The notes under the pieces: generated by a model
Database searches by the model: none
Seen by the model: only the letters and a program-made list of their open reading frames with translations
Told to the model about the DNA's origin: nothing
Shown: piece after piece, positions 11,059-20,422 of the stretch
Layout: every line of letters begins with the position of its first letter
How positions within the stretch are numbered: the first letter of the stretch is position 1
Translations under genes and position numbers: made by a program
From: Alphaproteobacteria bacterium
Lineage (GTDB): Bacteria; Desulfobacterota; Binatia; UBA12015
Direction: 5' to 3'
DNA: 64,000 nt
NCBI GenBank assembly: GCA_017853315.1
Contig: JAFMJW010000004.1
Span: forward strand, 3,008 to 67,007

Positions 11059-11838
11059 TCAGAACGGCTCGAAGGGCCAGTTCGAGGCCTCCGTCCCGCC
11101 GTCGACCTCGAGGATCTTGCCGGTCACCCAGCTCGACGCGGGAGAGGCGAGGTAGAGGGCCGCGATCGCGATGTCCTCGACCGTGCCGAGACGCCGCATC
11201 GGCGTCAGCGCCTCCATCTTCCCGCGCAGGTCGTCGTCGAGGAACGGCGAGAGCGCCGTCGTCTCGGTCGCGCCGACCGCGATCGCGTTCACCCGCACCT
11301 TGGGCGCGAGCTCCATGCCGAGCAGGCGGGAGAGGAACGAGAGCGCGGCCTTGGAGGTGCCGTAGGCGGCGAAGCCGGCCTGCGGGAAGCGCCCCGCAGC
11401 CGACGAGATGTTCACGATCGAACCTCCGCCCCCGTCCATCATCTTCGGCACGACGAGCCGCGAGAGGACGAAGGCCGAGGTCACGTTGAAGCGGAAGGCG
11501 TCCTCGAACGACTTCTGGCTCGTGCGCAGGAAGCCCTGCGGCGGCCAGCCGCCCGCGTTGTTCACCAGCACGTCGATCCGGCCGAACTCGGCCATCGTGC
11601 GCGCGACGACCTCCTCGAGCTGCTCGCGCTCGTTCACGTCGCAGCGCACCGTCACCGCGCGGCGACCGTGGCGCCGGACCTGCTCGGCGGTCTCGTCGAG
11701 CTGCTCCTGCGTGCGCGCGGCGCACACGACGTCCGCGCCCATCTCCGCGAACGCGGCCGCGCAGCCCGCGCCGATGCCGCGGCCCGCGCCCGTCACGATC
11801 GCCGTCTTTCCGTCGAGGCGAAACCGGTCGAGAATCAT
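11059..11838 (-). CDS. SDR-family oxidoreductase (3-oxoacyl-ACP reductase-like)
   Basis: TGAGRGIG Rossmann motif, NNAG, and a YGTSK catalytic tetrad. Confidence 0.8.
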   Translation of the reverse strand: MILDRFRLDGKTAIVTGAGRGIGAGCAAAFAEMGADVVCAARTQEQLDETAEQVRRHGRRAVTVRCDVNEREQLEEVVARTMAEFGRIDVLVNNAGGWPPQGFLRTSQKSFEDAFRFNVTSAFVLSRLVVPKMMDGGGGSIVNISSAAGRFPQAGFAAYGTSKAALSFLSRLLGMELAPKVRVNAIAVGATETTALSPFLDDDLRGKMEALTPMRRLGTVEDIAIAALYLASPASSWVTGKILEVDGGTEASNWPFEPF

Positions 11839-11873
11839 GTCGTACGTCTCCTTGTCGAGGTTTCTTCCTGAGA

Positions 11874-13160
11874 TCACGTCCCGCCCGCGGGCGCCACCCG
11901 GCCGCCCTCGCGCAGCGCCACTTCGCCGACCACCACGCTCTCGCCGCCTTCGAGTCCGGAGACGACGCGGGCCTTCTCGCCCGACGAGCCCGCGGTCTCC
12001 ACCCGGACCTTGCGGGCGCGGCCGTCGCGCACCGCCCAGACGAAGGAGTCGGTGCCCTCGCGGCGCACGGCCGACGCCGGGACGAGGACCGCCGGCTCGG
12101 CCGGGGCCGCGGACGCGGGGTCGGGCAGGAACGACACGCGCGCGCTCATGTCCGGCAGGAGCCGCGCGTCGGGCTCGAGGATGCCGACCTCCACCTTGAG
12201 CGTCCCCTTCTGGCGGTCGACCTGCGGGTAGAGCTTCACGACCTTCGCGGGGTAGCGCGCGTCGGGGTAGGCGTCGGGTACGACCTCGGCCGGCCCGCCC
12301 ATGCGCACGCGCTGCAGGTCTGCCTCGTTCACGTCGACCTCGGCGCGCAGGTCGGACAGGTTCGCGATCCGGATCAGGTCGCCCGAGCCCGAGAACCCGC
12401 CGGGGACCGCGATCTCGCCGACTTCCTTCAGCTTCGCGAGCACGACGCCGTCGGTGGGCGCGCGCAAAGTCGTGTACTCGAGGTTCACGCGCGCCTGCGC
12501 GAGCTCGGCCTCGAGCTGCTCGATCGTCGCCGCGCTGACCCGCGCCTTGTTGCGCAGCACGTCGTGCTCCTGGGCCGAGAGCACGCCGGAGCGGCGCAGG
12601 GCGTCGCCCCGCCGCAACTCGTTCGCGGCGAGCTCCGCGTTGGCGCGGGCGAGCACGAGCGCCGCCTCGGATCGCCGCAGGGCCGCCCGGTAGTCGCGGT
12701 CGTCGAGCGCCACCAGCGCGTCGCCCTTGTGCACCGGCTGGCCTTCCTCGACGAAGTAGCGCTCGATCCGCCCGGGGACCCGGACGCCGATCGAGACGTA
12801 GCGGTCGCCGGTCACGACGTAGCCCGAGCCCGACAGCAGGGGGGCGCGCTCCGAGCCGGGCTCGGCCCGCTGCGCCACCGCGACCTCGACCGGCACCGGG
12901 CGGCCGCGCCACGCGGCGAACCCCGCGCCGAGCGCCGCGAGCAGCAGCAGCGGGATCGCCACGCGCCGCAGCCGCCGCCCCGGGCCGCGCTTCACCGCCG
13001 GGCGAGACGCGGGCTCGCGCTCGAGGCGCAAGGATGCCAGGTCTTCGCGCAGCCGTCCGCCGCGCGCGTTCCCGTCGTCGGTCGTCCTGTTCTCCAAGGG
13101 ATCCCGTCCCGTCACGCCCGCCGCAGCGCCTCGATCGGCCGCAGGCGAGCCGCCCGCCAC
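11874..13160 (-). CDS. HlyD/MacA-family periplasmic adaptor (membrane fusion protein)
   Basis: Single N-terminal transmembrane segment, coiled-coil, then beta-barrel-like regions. Typical MFP architecture. The exact start is uncertain. Confidence 0.75.
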   Translation of the reverse strand: MAGGSPAADRGAAAGVTGRDPLENRTTDDGNARGGRLREDLASLRLEREPASRPAVKRGPGRRLRRVAIPLLLLAALGAGFAAWRGRPVPVEVAVAQRAEPGSERAPLLSGSGYVVTGDRYVSIGVRVPGRIERYFVEEGQPVHKGDALVALDDRDYRAALRRSEAALVLARANAELAANELRRGDALRRSGVLSAQEHDVLRNKARVSAATIEQLEAELAQARVNLEYTTLRAPTDGVVLAKLKEVGEIAVPGGFSGSGDLIRIANLSDLRAEVDVNEADLQRVRMGGPAEVVPDAYPDARYPAKVVKLYPQVDRQKGTLKVEVGILEPDARLLPDMSARVSFLPDPASAAPAEPAVLVPASAVRREGTDSFVWAVRDGRARKVRVETAGSSGEKARVVSGLEGGESVVVGEVALREGGRVAPAGGT

Positions 13161-14287
13161 GCCGGGCCGAGCCCGCCGCCCAAGCCGACGGCGAGGGCGA
13201 GCAGCAGCGCACCCCCGAGGTCGGCGAGCGAGAGCCTTAGCGTGACCACGTTCGTCGTGAAAGTCGACGCGCCGAACGCGATCCCGCCGAGCCAGCGCGA
13301 GAGGGCGACCGAGAGGAGCCAGGACAGCGCGGCGCCGAGTGCGAAGCCGAGCAGCGAAAGCGCGACGGCCTCGACCTCGAACGCGGCGAGGATGGCCCCC
13401 CGGGAGAAGCCGAGCGCGCGCAGCGTGCCGATCTCCGCGGTGCGCGACTGCACGGCCGCGTACATCGTGTTCGCGGCGCCGAAGCCCGCACCGAGCCCCG
13501 CGAGCACCGCGATGCCGATCACGATCACGTAGAGCGTGTTCGCCGAGCTCGCCTGCTTGCGGTAGTACTCCGGCTCCGGCACGGCCTCGATCGCGAAGCG
13601 CGGGTCGGCGTCGATGCGCCGCTCGAGGCGCTCGAGGTCGGCGGCCGACGCCGCCCGCAGGCGGACCCCCGAGTAGGGAAACGGGCGCCGCGCGTCGTTC
13701 GCGAGCTCGCGCGCGTCGACCCAGACCTCGCTCTCGAAGGACGAGCCGCCCGACTCCATCACGCCGACCACCTTCCAGCGCCCGCGTCCGAACTCGAGCT
13801 CGCTGCCGACCGTCGCGTCGGCGTAGCGACCGAGCGCACCTCGACCGACGACCGCCTCGCCCGCGCTCGGCCGCAGCATCCGTCCCTCGACGATCCGGAC
13901 GTCGTCGTGCACGCCGAGCGCCGCGGCCTCGACGCCGCGCACGAGCACGTTCTCGCGGCCGCCGTCCCTGGTGCGGAAGAACGGCTGCACGACGAGCTCG
14001 GGCGAGACCAGCGGACGCTCCTCGGCGTCGCGCGCGATGCCGTCCTGGAAGCGGATCGACTGGAAGGCCTCGAGCGTGATCTGGCTCGAGCCGTCGTTGT
14101 CCGAGCCCTTGCGCATGACGACCAGGTTCAGCGGGTGGCCGGTCGAGACGAGCGTGTGCTTCAGGCTCGAGATGAGCCCGAGCAGCAGCGTGCAGGCGAC
14201 GACCACGAGCGCCACGACGAGCGCGGTCATGAGGCTCCGGGTCGGGCGCGCCACGACGTTGCGCACCGAGTAGGAGAGCGGCAGCAC
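13112..14287 (-). CDS. ABC transporter permease, FtsX/MacB/LolE-like (second permease)
   Basis: N-terminal LSYSVRNVVARPTRSLMT FtsX signature, a large periplasmic domain, and a C-terminal 3-TM bundle. GTG start at 14287 is 1 nt after the glycosyltransferase stop. Confidence 0.7.
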   Translation of the reverse strand: MLPLSYSVRNVVARPTRSLMTALVVALVVVACTLLLGLISSLKHTLVSTGHPLNLVVMRKGSDNDGSSQITLEAFQSIRFQDGIARDAEERPLVSPELVVQPFFRTRDGGRENVLVRGVEAAALGVHDDVRIVEGRMLRPSAGEAVVGRGALGRYADATVGSELEFGRGRWKVVGVMESGGSSFESEVWVDARELANDARRPFPYSGVRLRAASAADLERLERRIDADPRFAIEAVPEPEYYRKQASSANTLYVIVIGIAVLAGLGAGFGAANTMYAAVQSRTAEIGTLRALGFSRGAILAAFEVEAVALSLLGFALGAALSWLLSVALSRWLGGIAFGASTFTTNVVTLRLSLADLGGALLLALAVGLGGGLGPAWRAARLRPIEALRRA

Positions 14288-14288
14288 G

Positions 14289-15938
14289 TCAGGAGTCCCG
14301 GGGAGCGGTCGCGGGGGCCGTGCCGGGGGAGGCCCCCCGCTCGATCCTCGCCACGCGAAACGGCGGCGGGGCCCGCCGCTCGTCGACCACGTAGCCCGCC
14401 GCGCGGAGCGCCGCGAGGGTCTCGTCTCCGCCCGAGTCGCGCTCGGGCAGCACGACGAGAACCGCGCGCGAGGGCAGGCGCGGCGCATGCGCGGCGATCT
14501 CGCCCGGACGAAGGCAGGTCGTGCCTCCCTCCCGGAGGCGATCCACCAGCCGCTCGGGCCGGAACGAGCCCTCCTTCTCGAAGACCCCGACCGGCGCGAA
14601 GACGACCGGGAGCGCGTCGCGTCGGGCGTGCCAGGCCCAGGTCATGCAGTCCTCGACGAGCGGCGTGGCCACGACCGTCGGCAGGGAGGGCCCGGCTCCC
14701 GCTTCCGTCGAGACCCGTACGATCTGCCTCCACGGGGGCCCGGGCCAGATCCGGGCGAAGCCGCGCGAGGCAGCGACCGCGAGGAGAATCGCGACGAACG
14801 CCCTGCCGGCGGGCGGCCACGGCAGCCGCGCGACCGCGACACCCAGCAGCGCCACCCAGCCGAGGGCACAGAAGAGCAGGTAGCGGGAGAGGAACATCGG
14901 CGCGCGTTGCGAGACGAGCCATGCGAGCAGCACCGGAACGACGGCCCACGACGCGAGCGACGCGAATCGCCAGCCTTCCCCGGGAGGGTCGTCCGGAGCG
15001 GCCCGCCGCCCGGCGAGCGATCCCGTCCCGGCCGCGGAAGTCGCGGCTCCCGTGCCCGCCCCTCTCGCGAGGAACCATGCACCCGCGACCGCGGCCGCGA
15101 GCCCCCAGAGGAGCGCCGACCGGCCCCCGGCGAGATCGCTCGCGAGCCGGAGGAGGTCGTGGCGGCCCGGCACCGGCCGCCAGTCGTAGGGCTGCACCGG
15201 CATGACCCCGACGATCGCCCAGGCAAGCGGTGCGCAGACCGCGGCAGCGACCGCCTGCGCGGCGAGCCACGACCGGAACGCGCGCGGAGCCCGTCGCCAG
15301 GCCCACGCCGCCGCGGGGGCCTGGGCCACGAAAGCGAACCCGGTCGCGTAGTGCGTCGCGACCGACACGACCTCGACGAACCCGAGGGCGGCGGCCGTTC
15401 GCCGGCGTGGCCGCGCGAAGAGCTCGAAGAAGAGGCCCCAGGCCGCGACGCAGAGCAGCTGGACCAGGCCGTAGGATCGCGCCTCGCGCGCCCACCGCCA
15501 CTCGAGCGGGTTCACGAGGAAGAGCAGCGCCGACCACAGCGCCGCCTCGCCGCCGAAGAAGCGTCGTACGACGAGGAACAGCGCCGCGACGGCCGCGGCA
15601 CTCGCGACCGCCGACGGGAACCGCATCGACACCTCGGACACGCCGGCGACCTGCGCCCAGCCTGCCGCGAGGAGGTTGTAGACCGGCGGGTTCTCGTCGT
15701 GGAAACCGACGTGGAGGATCGTCGTCAGCGGCTGCACGGCCAGCGCCGCGGTCCAGGTTTCGTCGATCCAGAAGCTGTTGCGGCCGAGTGCGGGCAGCGT
15801 GGTCGCGAGACGGATCGCCACGATCGCCAGCGCCGCGAGCCACGGGTGCGCGTCGATCGCGCGAACGGTCGCGCCCGGGATGCGGGCCGCGAGGTCGCCC
15901 ACGGCCCCTCCCCGGTCCCCGCGCGCGCCGGTCGCCAC
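14289..15938 (-). CDS. GT-C fold membrane glycosyltransferase (family 39/83-like, ArnT/PMT-type)
   Basis: LGRNSFWIDETWTAALA first-loop DE motif typical of GT39/ArnT. Many transmembrane segments plus a roughly 130 aa soluble C-terminal domain. Confidence 0.6.
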   Translation of the reverse strand: MATGARGDRGGAVGDLAARIPGATVRAIDAHPWLAALAIVAIRLATTLPALGRNSFWIDETWTAALAVQPLTTILHVGFHDENPPVYNLLAAGWAQVAGVSEVSMRFPSAVASAAAVAALFLVVRRFFGGEAALWSALLFLVNPLEWRWAREARSYGLVQLLCVAAWGLFFELFARPRRRTAAALGFVEVVSVATHYATGFAFVAQAPAAAWAWRRAPRAFRSWLAAQAVAAAVCAPLAWAIVGVMPVQPYDWRPVPGRHDLLRLASDLAGGRSALLWGLAAAVAGAWFLARGAGTGAATSAAGTGSLAGRRAAPDDPPGEGWRFASLASWAVVPVLLAWLVSQRAPMFLSRYLLFCALGWVALLGVAVARLPWPPAGRAFVAILLAVAASRGFARIWPGPPWRQIVRVSTEAGAGPSLPTVVATPLVEDCMTWAWHARRDALPVVFAPVGVFEKEGSFRPERLVDRLREGGTTCLRPGEIAAHAPRLPSRAVLVVLPERDSGGDETLAALRAAGYVVDERRAPPPFRVARIERGASPGTAPATAPRDS

Positions 15939-15939
15939 G

Positions 15940-17106
15940 TCAGAACACCTCTCGCAGCGCGTCGACGACCGGCTTGCGCGCGGCGCCGAGCGCCGGGACG
16001 AGCCCGGAGAGCAGGCCCACGACCAGCGAGAGCGCGAGCCCCGCGGTGACGACGTCGTTCGTGACCGTGAAGTTCCCGAGCGGCCCGAGCGTCGGCCCGA
16101 GCGTCGCGACCGTCTTGAGCGCCCGGGTGAGCGCGATCGCCCCCGCCACGCCGAGCGCTCCCGCGAAGCTCGAGAGGAGCGTCGCCTCGGCGAGCAGCGT
16201 GCCGAAGATCGCGCGCCGCCCGAAGCCCATCGCCTTCATGACCGCGATCTCGCCCGAGCGCTCGCGCACCGCCATCGAGGCGGTGTTCGCCGCGATGAAG
16301 ACGATGCAGAGCGAGACGAGCGCCGTCACGATCAGGATGATCGTGACGAAGCCCTTCAGCGAGCCGAAGAAGTTCGAGATGAAGCTCTTCTCGGTCTCGC
16401 TCGCGGTCGGCGACTCGCTGTTGCGCGACATCTCGTCGATCTCGGACATGAGGGTTCCGACCCGCTCCGGGCGGTCGACGCGCACCCAGATGATGCCCGC
16501 GATCCCGAGCCCACCCCGCCCGGCCGCCTTCAGCGTCTCGTCCAGGTAGGTCCGGTTGATCCACAGCATCGGCGCGTTGTCGTCGGCGATCTCGCCGACG
16601 ATTCGAAGGTCGAGGTTCGCCGGCCACACCGTGCTCCGCAGCGTGATCCGGTCGCCGACCTTCCATCCGTACTGGCGCATGATCTTGCGCCCGACGATCG
16701 CGCCGTCGCGGTGGCGAACGAAGTCCTCGACCGCGCCCGGGGTGAACACGTAGTCGGGGTAGACCGAGCCCACGTGCTCCGCCTCGACCGCGAAGTTGGG
16801 GAACGTGACCTTCCCCTCCTCCTCGTAGGCGCCGCCGAACCAGGTCATCGACACCGCCGCGAGCACCCCGTCGAGCTGGCGCACCTTGCGCGTGAACGAC
16901 TGCGGCATCGAGTAGACGAGCCCCGCCTTGTTGTGGACCGAGATGCGGGTGTTGCTGCCGAGATCCGAGATCAGCCGGTCGAGGCCCGCGGGCATGGTCA
17001 TGAGCAGGCACACGAGCAGGACCGCGAGCGCGATCGCCCCCGCCGTGAACAGGCTTCGCAGCTTGTTGCGGCCGAGATTCGCGAGCACGAGCCCCGCGTA
17101 CTTCAC
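15940..17106 (-). CDS. ABC transporter permease, FtsX/MacB/LolC-like (first permease)
   Basis: [18 protein letters not shown] FtsX N-terminal signature. GTG start overlaps the ATPase stop (GTGA). Confidence 0.75.
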   Translation of the reverse strand: MKYAGLVLANLGRNKLRSLFTAGAIALAVLLVCLLMTMPAGLDRLISDLGSNTRISVHNKAGLVYSMPQSFTRKVRQLDGVLAAVSMTWFGGAYEEEGKVTFPNFAVEAEHVGSVYPDYVFTPGAVEDFVRHRDGAIVGRKIMRQYGWKVGDRITLRSTVWPANLDLRIVGEIADDNAPMLWINRTYLDETLKAAGRGGLGIAGIIWVRVDRPERVGTLMSEIDEMSRNSESPTASETEKSFISNFFGSLKGFVTIILIVTALVSLCIVFIAANTASMAVRERSGEIAVMKAMGFGRRAIFGTLLAEATLLSSFAGALGVAGAIALTRALKTVATLGPTLGPLGNFTVTNDVVTAGLALSLVVGLLSGLVPALGAARKPVVDALREVF

Positions 17107-17936
17107 GGGCGCGCCCCGGCCGACGCATGCCCGCCCGCCGCGAGCCGGATCGCCTCCGAGGCCCGCTCGGCGTCGCTTCCTTCGAGCAGGAGTCCCTTGT
17201 CGAGGTGGAAGACCTCGTCGACGAAGCGCAGGGCGCGCGGGTCGTGAGTGACCATGACGATCGTCTTGCCGAAGGCGTCGGTCAGCTCGCGCAGCAGCCC
17301 GAGCGTCGCCTCGGCGTTCTTCGCGTCGAGGTCGCCGGTCGGCTCGTCGGCGACGATCAGGTCGGGGTCGGTCACGATCGCGCGCGCGATCGCGACGCGC
17401 TGCTGCTCGCCGCCCGAGAGCGTGTTCGGGCGGTGGTCGAGCCGGTGGTCGAGGCCGACCACGCGCAGCGCGGTCTCGGCGCGACGGTGGCGCTCGGCCT
17501 TGCCGAGTTCGGTGAGCAGCAGCGGCAGCGCGACGTTGTCGCGGGCGTCGAGCACCGGGATCAGGTTGAAGAACTGGAAGATGAGCCCCACGTGGCGGGC
17601 GCGCCAGGCCGCGAGCTCGTCCTCGTCGAGGTCGCCGAGCGACTGCCCCGCGACGACCACCTCGCCCTCGCTCGGCCGATCGAGCCCGGAGACCAGGTTC
17701 ATGAGCGTCGACTTGCCGGACCCCGACGGCCCCATGAAGGCGACGAAGCGGCCCGGGGAGATCCGCAGCGACACGTCCTCGAGCGCATGGACCTCGTCGA
17801 CGCCGCGGCGGTAGCGCCGGGACACGTGCCGGATGTCGATGAGAGTCGCTTCCTCGGGCGCGGACGGCGGCGGGCCGGGAAACGGGTCCGCGGGCGGCAT
17901 GCGCAGAGGGTACCGGACCCCCCGCAGGGGAGCCAT
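17103..17936 (-). CDS. ABC transporter ATP-binding protein (LolD/MacB ATPase type)
   Basis: Walker [24 protein letters not shown] signature, Walker [13 protein letters not shown]. Confidence 0.85.
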   Translation of the reverse strand: MAPLRGVRYPLRMPPADPFPGPPPSAPEEATLIDIRHVSRRYRRGVDEVHALEDVSLRISPGRFVAFMGPSGSGKSTLMNLVSGLDRPSEGEVVVAGQSLGDLDEDELAAWRARHVGLIFQFFNLIPVLDARDNVALPLLLTELGKAERHRRAETALRVVGLDHRLDHRPNTLSGGEQQRVAIARAIVTDPDLIVADEPTGDLDAKNAEATLGLLRELTDAFGKTIVMVTHDPRALRFVDEVFHLDKGLLLEGSDAERASEAIRLAAGGHASAGARP

Positions 17937-18033
17937 CGAGGAGCGCCTCGGGGATCGCTCGGACAGGGAGCGCCGGGGAGGGCTCCGCGAACTGCCGACG
18001 ACAGCCCGGCGACGGCGTGGTACCGCTCCCGCC

Positions 18034-18603
18034 GTGTCCAACCCGTTCGCCCGAGCGATCCGGATCGTCGTGGAAGCCGCCGATCGCGGCGGCTTCCGGG
18101 CGGCCCTCATCGGGGGCTTCGCCCTCGATCTTCACCGGGTGCGCCGCACCACGGGCGACGTCGACTTCCTGGTGGAGGAACGCGGCGCGGATCCTCTGAT
18201 CGCCGAATTGCAACGAGAAGGAATGCGCCTGCTTCACCGCTCCGACGAGGTCGCCAACCTCGAGTCGTCACGACCGGAGATCGCGTCCGTCGACCTGCTC
18301 TTCGCGCGTCGGGAGCCCACGCTCGCCATGCTGAGTCGCGCCCGGACTCGCCGGCTGGCCGTCGACGCACTCGCGGTCCCGGTGGTCGACGTCGAAGGCA
18401 TCATCGGCCTGAAGGCCCAGGCGATGTGCAACGATCCGCGGCGACGGCGCCGCGACGAGCAGGACATCGTCGACCTGCTCGGGCTCTGGCTGCCGGAGTT
18501 GGACCTCGCTCTTCTTCGAGGCTATTTCTCCCTCCTGGAAGCGGACGATGACTTCGAACGACTCCTCACCGAAGCCCGAGACCAGCGAGCCCGGCGTGGC
18601 TGA
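18034..18603 (+). CDS. nucleotidyltransferase-fold protein (MNT/AbiEii-like), hypothetical
   Basis: GGFALDLHRVRRTTGDVDFLVE matches the minimal NTase G-x(n)-D-x-D pattern. The start is uncertain and taken as GTG 18034. Confidence 0.4.
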   Translation: MSNPFARAIRIVVEAADRGGFRAALIGGFALDLHRVRRTTGDVDFLVEERGADPLIAELQREGMRLLHRSDEVANLESSRPEIASVDLLFARREPTLAMLSRARTRRLAVDALAVPVVDVEGIIGLKAQAMCNDPRRRRRDEQDIVDLLGLWLPELDLALLRGYFSLLEADDDFERLLTEARDQRARRG

Positions 18604-18769
18604 CCCCGATCCGGAGCAGTCGCCCGCCGTCCATCGCCGGGCCGATCGCGCTTCGCGGGCCCAGCACGACATCGACGACTTCCTCCGCTTCCTCGATCAA
18701 GTCGAGGAGATCGGGGGGAAGATCCGCAAGCCGCGGACGATCAGCCTCGGGAACCGCTTCGTCCTCTGA
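18596..18769 (+). CDS. small hypothetical protein overlapping the NTase stop
   Basis: 58-73 aa ORF. Its GTG is 8 nt inside the upstream gene. No recognisable domain. Confidence 0.2.
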   Translation: MADPDPEQSPAVHRRADRASRAQHDIDDFLRFLDQVEEIGGKIRKPRTISLGNRFVL

Positions 18770-18825
18770 CCCGGGCCGGGCGCCCGGGACGGCGAAACGC
18801 GGCAGCACCGGATTGCACGAGCCCC

Positions 18826-18856
18826 GCGAACGTCTCGCAGATCGTCGCGGTCGATC
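18826..18856. repeat. 31-bp direct repeat, copy 1 (gcgaacgtctcgcagatcgtcgcgGtcgatc)
   Basis: Matches 19925-19955 with a single mismatch. Confidence 0.7.
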
Positions 18857-19019
18857 GACGATACCTGGCGCAACGAGCCGGGCGGGTCCCCGCGGCGAAG
18901 TTGGCCCTCGTCCTCGGCGGCATCGACGTCGTGCTCGGACGCTGACGCCCCGGGCGGATCCCTCCTGGGGTCGTGTGCATCTGCCGCCGTTCGAGACCGT
19001 TCGCCGAAATCCGCAGCGC

Positions 19020-19364
19020 TCAGCGCAGCCAGTCGGCGAAGACCCGCCGGAACGCGGTCACCGCGCGGGCGCGGTCCGCCCGGGACAGGCGGCCGATCGG
19101 CTTGTCGATCAGCTCCTCGTCGACGGTTGCGACCTTCGCCATGCGAAGCAGGCTCGGATGGAGCAGCCCCGCCTCCTCCCAGTCCGCGAGCAGCACGTCG
19201 CCCTGGAAGTCGAGCGCCTCCACCTGGCTCGTGATCATCGCGAGCGTGACCAGGGCATAGCGGGGAGCGCGGGCGGTTCGCGACAACAGGAGCGCGGGTC
19301 GCTTCTTCGCGGCAGCGACCTCGGTGAACGGAAACCGGACGAGGACCACCTCCCCGGGCTTCAT
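19020..19364 (-). CDS. MazF/PemK-family type II toxin (mRNA interferase)
   Basis: GEVVLVRFPF...KKRPALLLS is the classic PemK/MazF N-terminus. 114 aa. Start overlaps the antitoxin stop (ATGA). Confidence 0.8.
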   Translation of the reverse strand: MKPGEVVLVRFPFTEVAAAKKRPALLLSRTARAPRYALVTLAMITSQVEALDFQGDVLLADWEEAGLLHPSLLRMAKVATVDEELIDKPIGRLSRADRARAVTAFRRVFADWLR

Positions 19365-19579
19365 AGCCGGTCGTAGTCGGAATCCCGGGGGTCGTCCCAC
19401 TCCTCGAAGGCCGACTCGGCGAGCTTCCCCAGTGCCTTCGTCTCGAGCCGTTCGGCGAAGTACGCCTCGAGGGCCCGGCAGAGAACCTCCTTCACGGTCG
19501 TGTCGCGCTCGCTCGCCTCCGCCTTGAGAAGCCGCATGAGGCGCGGGTCCGAGAGATCCGTCGAGAGTCGCGTGCCCAT
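19361..19579 (-). CDS. ribbon-helix-helix-type antitoxin, partner of the MazF-like toxin
   Basis: 72 aa. A beta-strand then helix pattern (TRLSTDLSDPRLMRLLKAEA) fits RHH. Directly upstream of the toxin with a 4-nt overlap. Confidence 0.6.
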   Translation of the reverse strand: MGTRLSTDLSDPRLMRLLKAEASERDTTVKEVLCRALEAYFAERLETKALGKLAESAFEEWDDPRDSDYDRL

Positions 19580-19924
19580 CTCCGCGCGTTACTGTCTTTC
19601 TGCTTTCATGTCAATCAGTCGACGATCCGGTTCCGGAGCGCCGCGGGGATCGCGGTCGACTCCCGGGACATCGCGCCCCCTCGAAAGGGCTGCGCCGTCC
19701 ACGAAAACGGGGCAACCCCGGACGCGTGGCGGGCCGACTTGCCGGACCCTGCGGTTCGGGTCCGAGGATTTCGTCGACCCGTCGTGGTCGTCCAGGGGAA
19801 TCATCTGAACCGCGGCCGCGTCCCCACGGCGGCGTGCCCCCTGACGAGCGACGTCGCCTGGGCCGACGCCCCCGGGAACGTTCTTCTCGGAACCGCCGCG
19901 ACCGGTCCCCCCGAGGAGTCGGTC

Positions 19925-19955
19925 GCGAACGTCTCGCAGATCGTCGCGATCGATC
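19925..19955. repeat. 31-bp direct repeat, copy 2
   Basis: See copy 1. Lies just 3' of the RelE-like toxin stop. Confidence 0.7.
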
Positions 19956-19956
19956 T

Positions 19957-20241
19957 TCACCTCCGCCGGAGCAGGCGGACATAGACCTCGCGACGGTGCG
20001 CGACGCCGATCACGTAGACGACGATCTCGGTCGCATGCACCTCGTACAGGATGCGGTGGTCGCCGACCCGAATCCGGTAGGCACCCTTTCGGCCCTTCAG
20101 GGCGACCGCACCAACGGGACGGGGGTCGTCCCGAAGGCCATCGATGACGTCCCGCACCAGCGCCCGGGTCTTCTTCGGAAGAGCCAGGATCTCCCGGTGC
20201 GCCTCCCGATGGAGAACGATCCTATAGGTCGTCGCGGACAT
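19957..20241 (-). CDS. RelE/ParE-family type II toxin
   Basis: 94 aa. YRIVLHREAHREILALPKK...YRIRVGDHRILYEV matches the RelE/ParE fold pattern. Confidence 0.8.
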   Translation of the reverse strand: MSATTYRIVLHREAHREILALPKKTRALVRDVIDGLRDDPRPVGAVALKGRKGAYRIRVGDHRILYEVHATEIVVYVIGVAHRREVYVRLLRRR

Positions 20242-20422
20242 CCGACCACGCGACCCACGGACCTCCCCTACGCTCCTCGATGAGCGCCATGTCCTCGGCA
20301 TCCTCGAGCCACGCGGCGATGGCCTCCGAGACCACCGCCTGCTGCTTGAGGCCGTGCTCCGCGCAGAACCGATCGAGCTCCGCCTTGAGTGCGTCGTCGA
20401 TCCGGTGGGTGATGGCAGCCAT
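20222..20422 (-). CDS. RelB/DinJ/ParD-type RHH antitoxin
   Basis: MAAITHRIDDALKAELDRFCAEHG is a typical RHH antitoxin N-terminus. Its end overlaps the toxin start by 20 nt. Confidence 0.7.
   Translation of the reverse strand: MAAITHRIDDALKAELDRFCAEHGLKQQAVVSEAIAAWLEDAEDMALIEERRGGPWVAWSDVRDDL

Noticed and set aside
17833-18033. N-terminal 67 codons of ORF 17833..18603 ([18 protein letters not shown]...)
   Set aside because: Gly/Arg-rich and overlapping the divergent ABC ATPase promoter and coding start. The NTase-like protein more plausibly starts at the internal GTG at 18034.
19589-19982. Two overlapping minus-strand ORFs (MKIDRDDLRD..., MSACSGGGEDRSRR...) in the gap between toxin-antitoxin modules
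   Set aside because: Arg/Gly/Asp low-complexity with no domain, in a region better explained as a promoter or non-coding.
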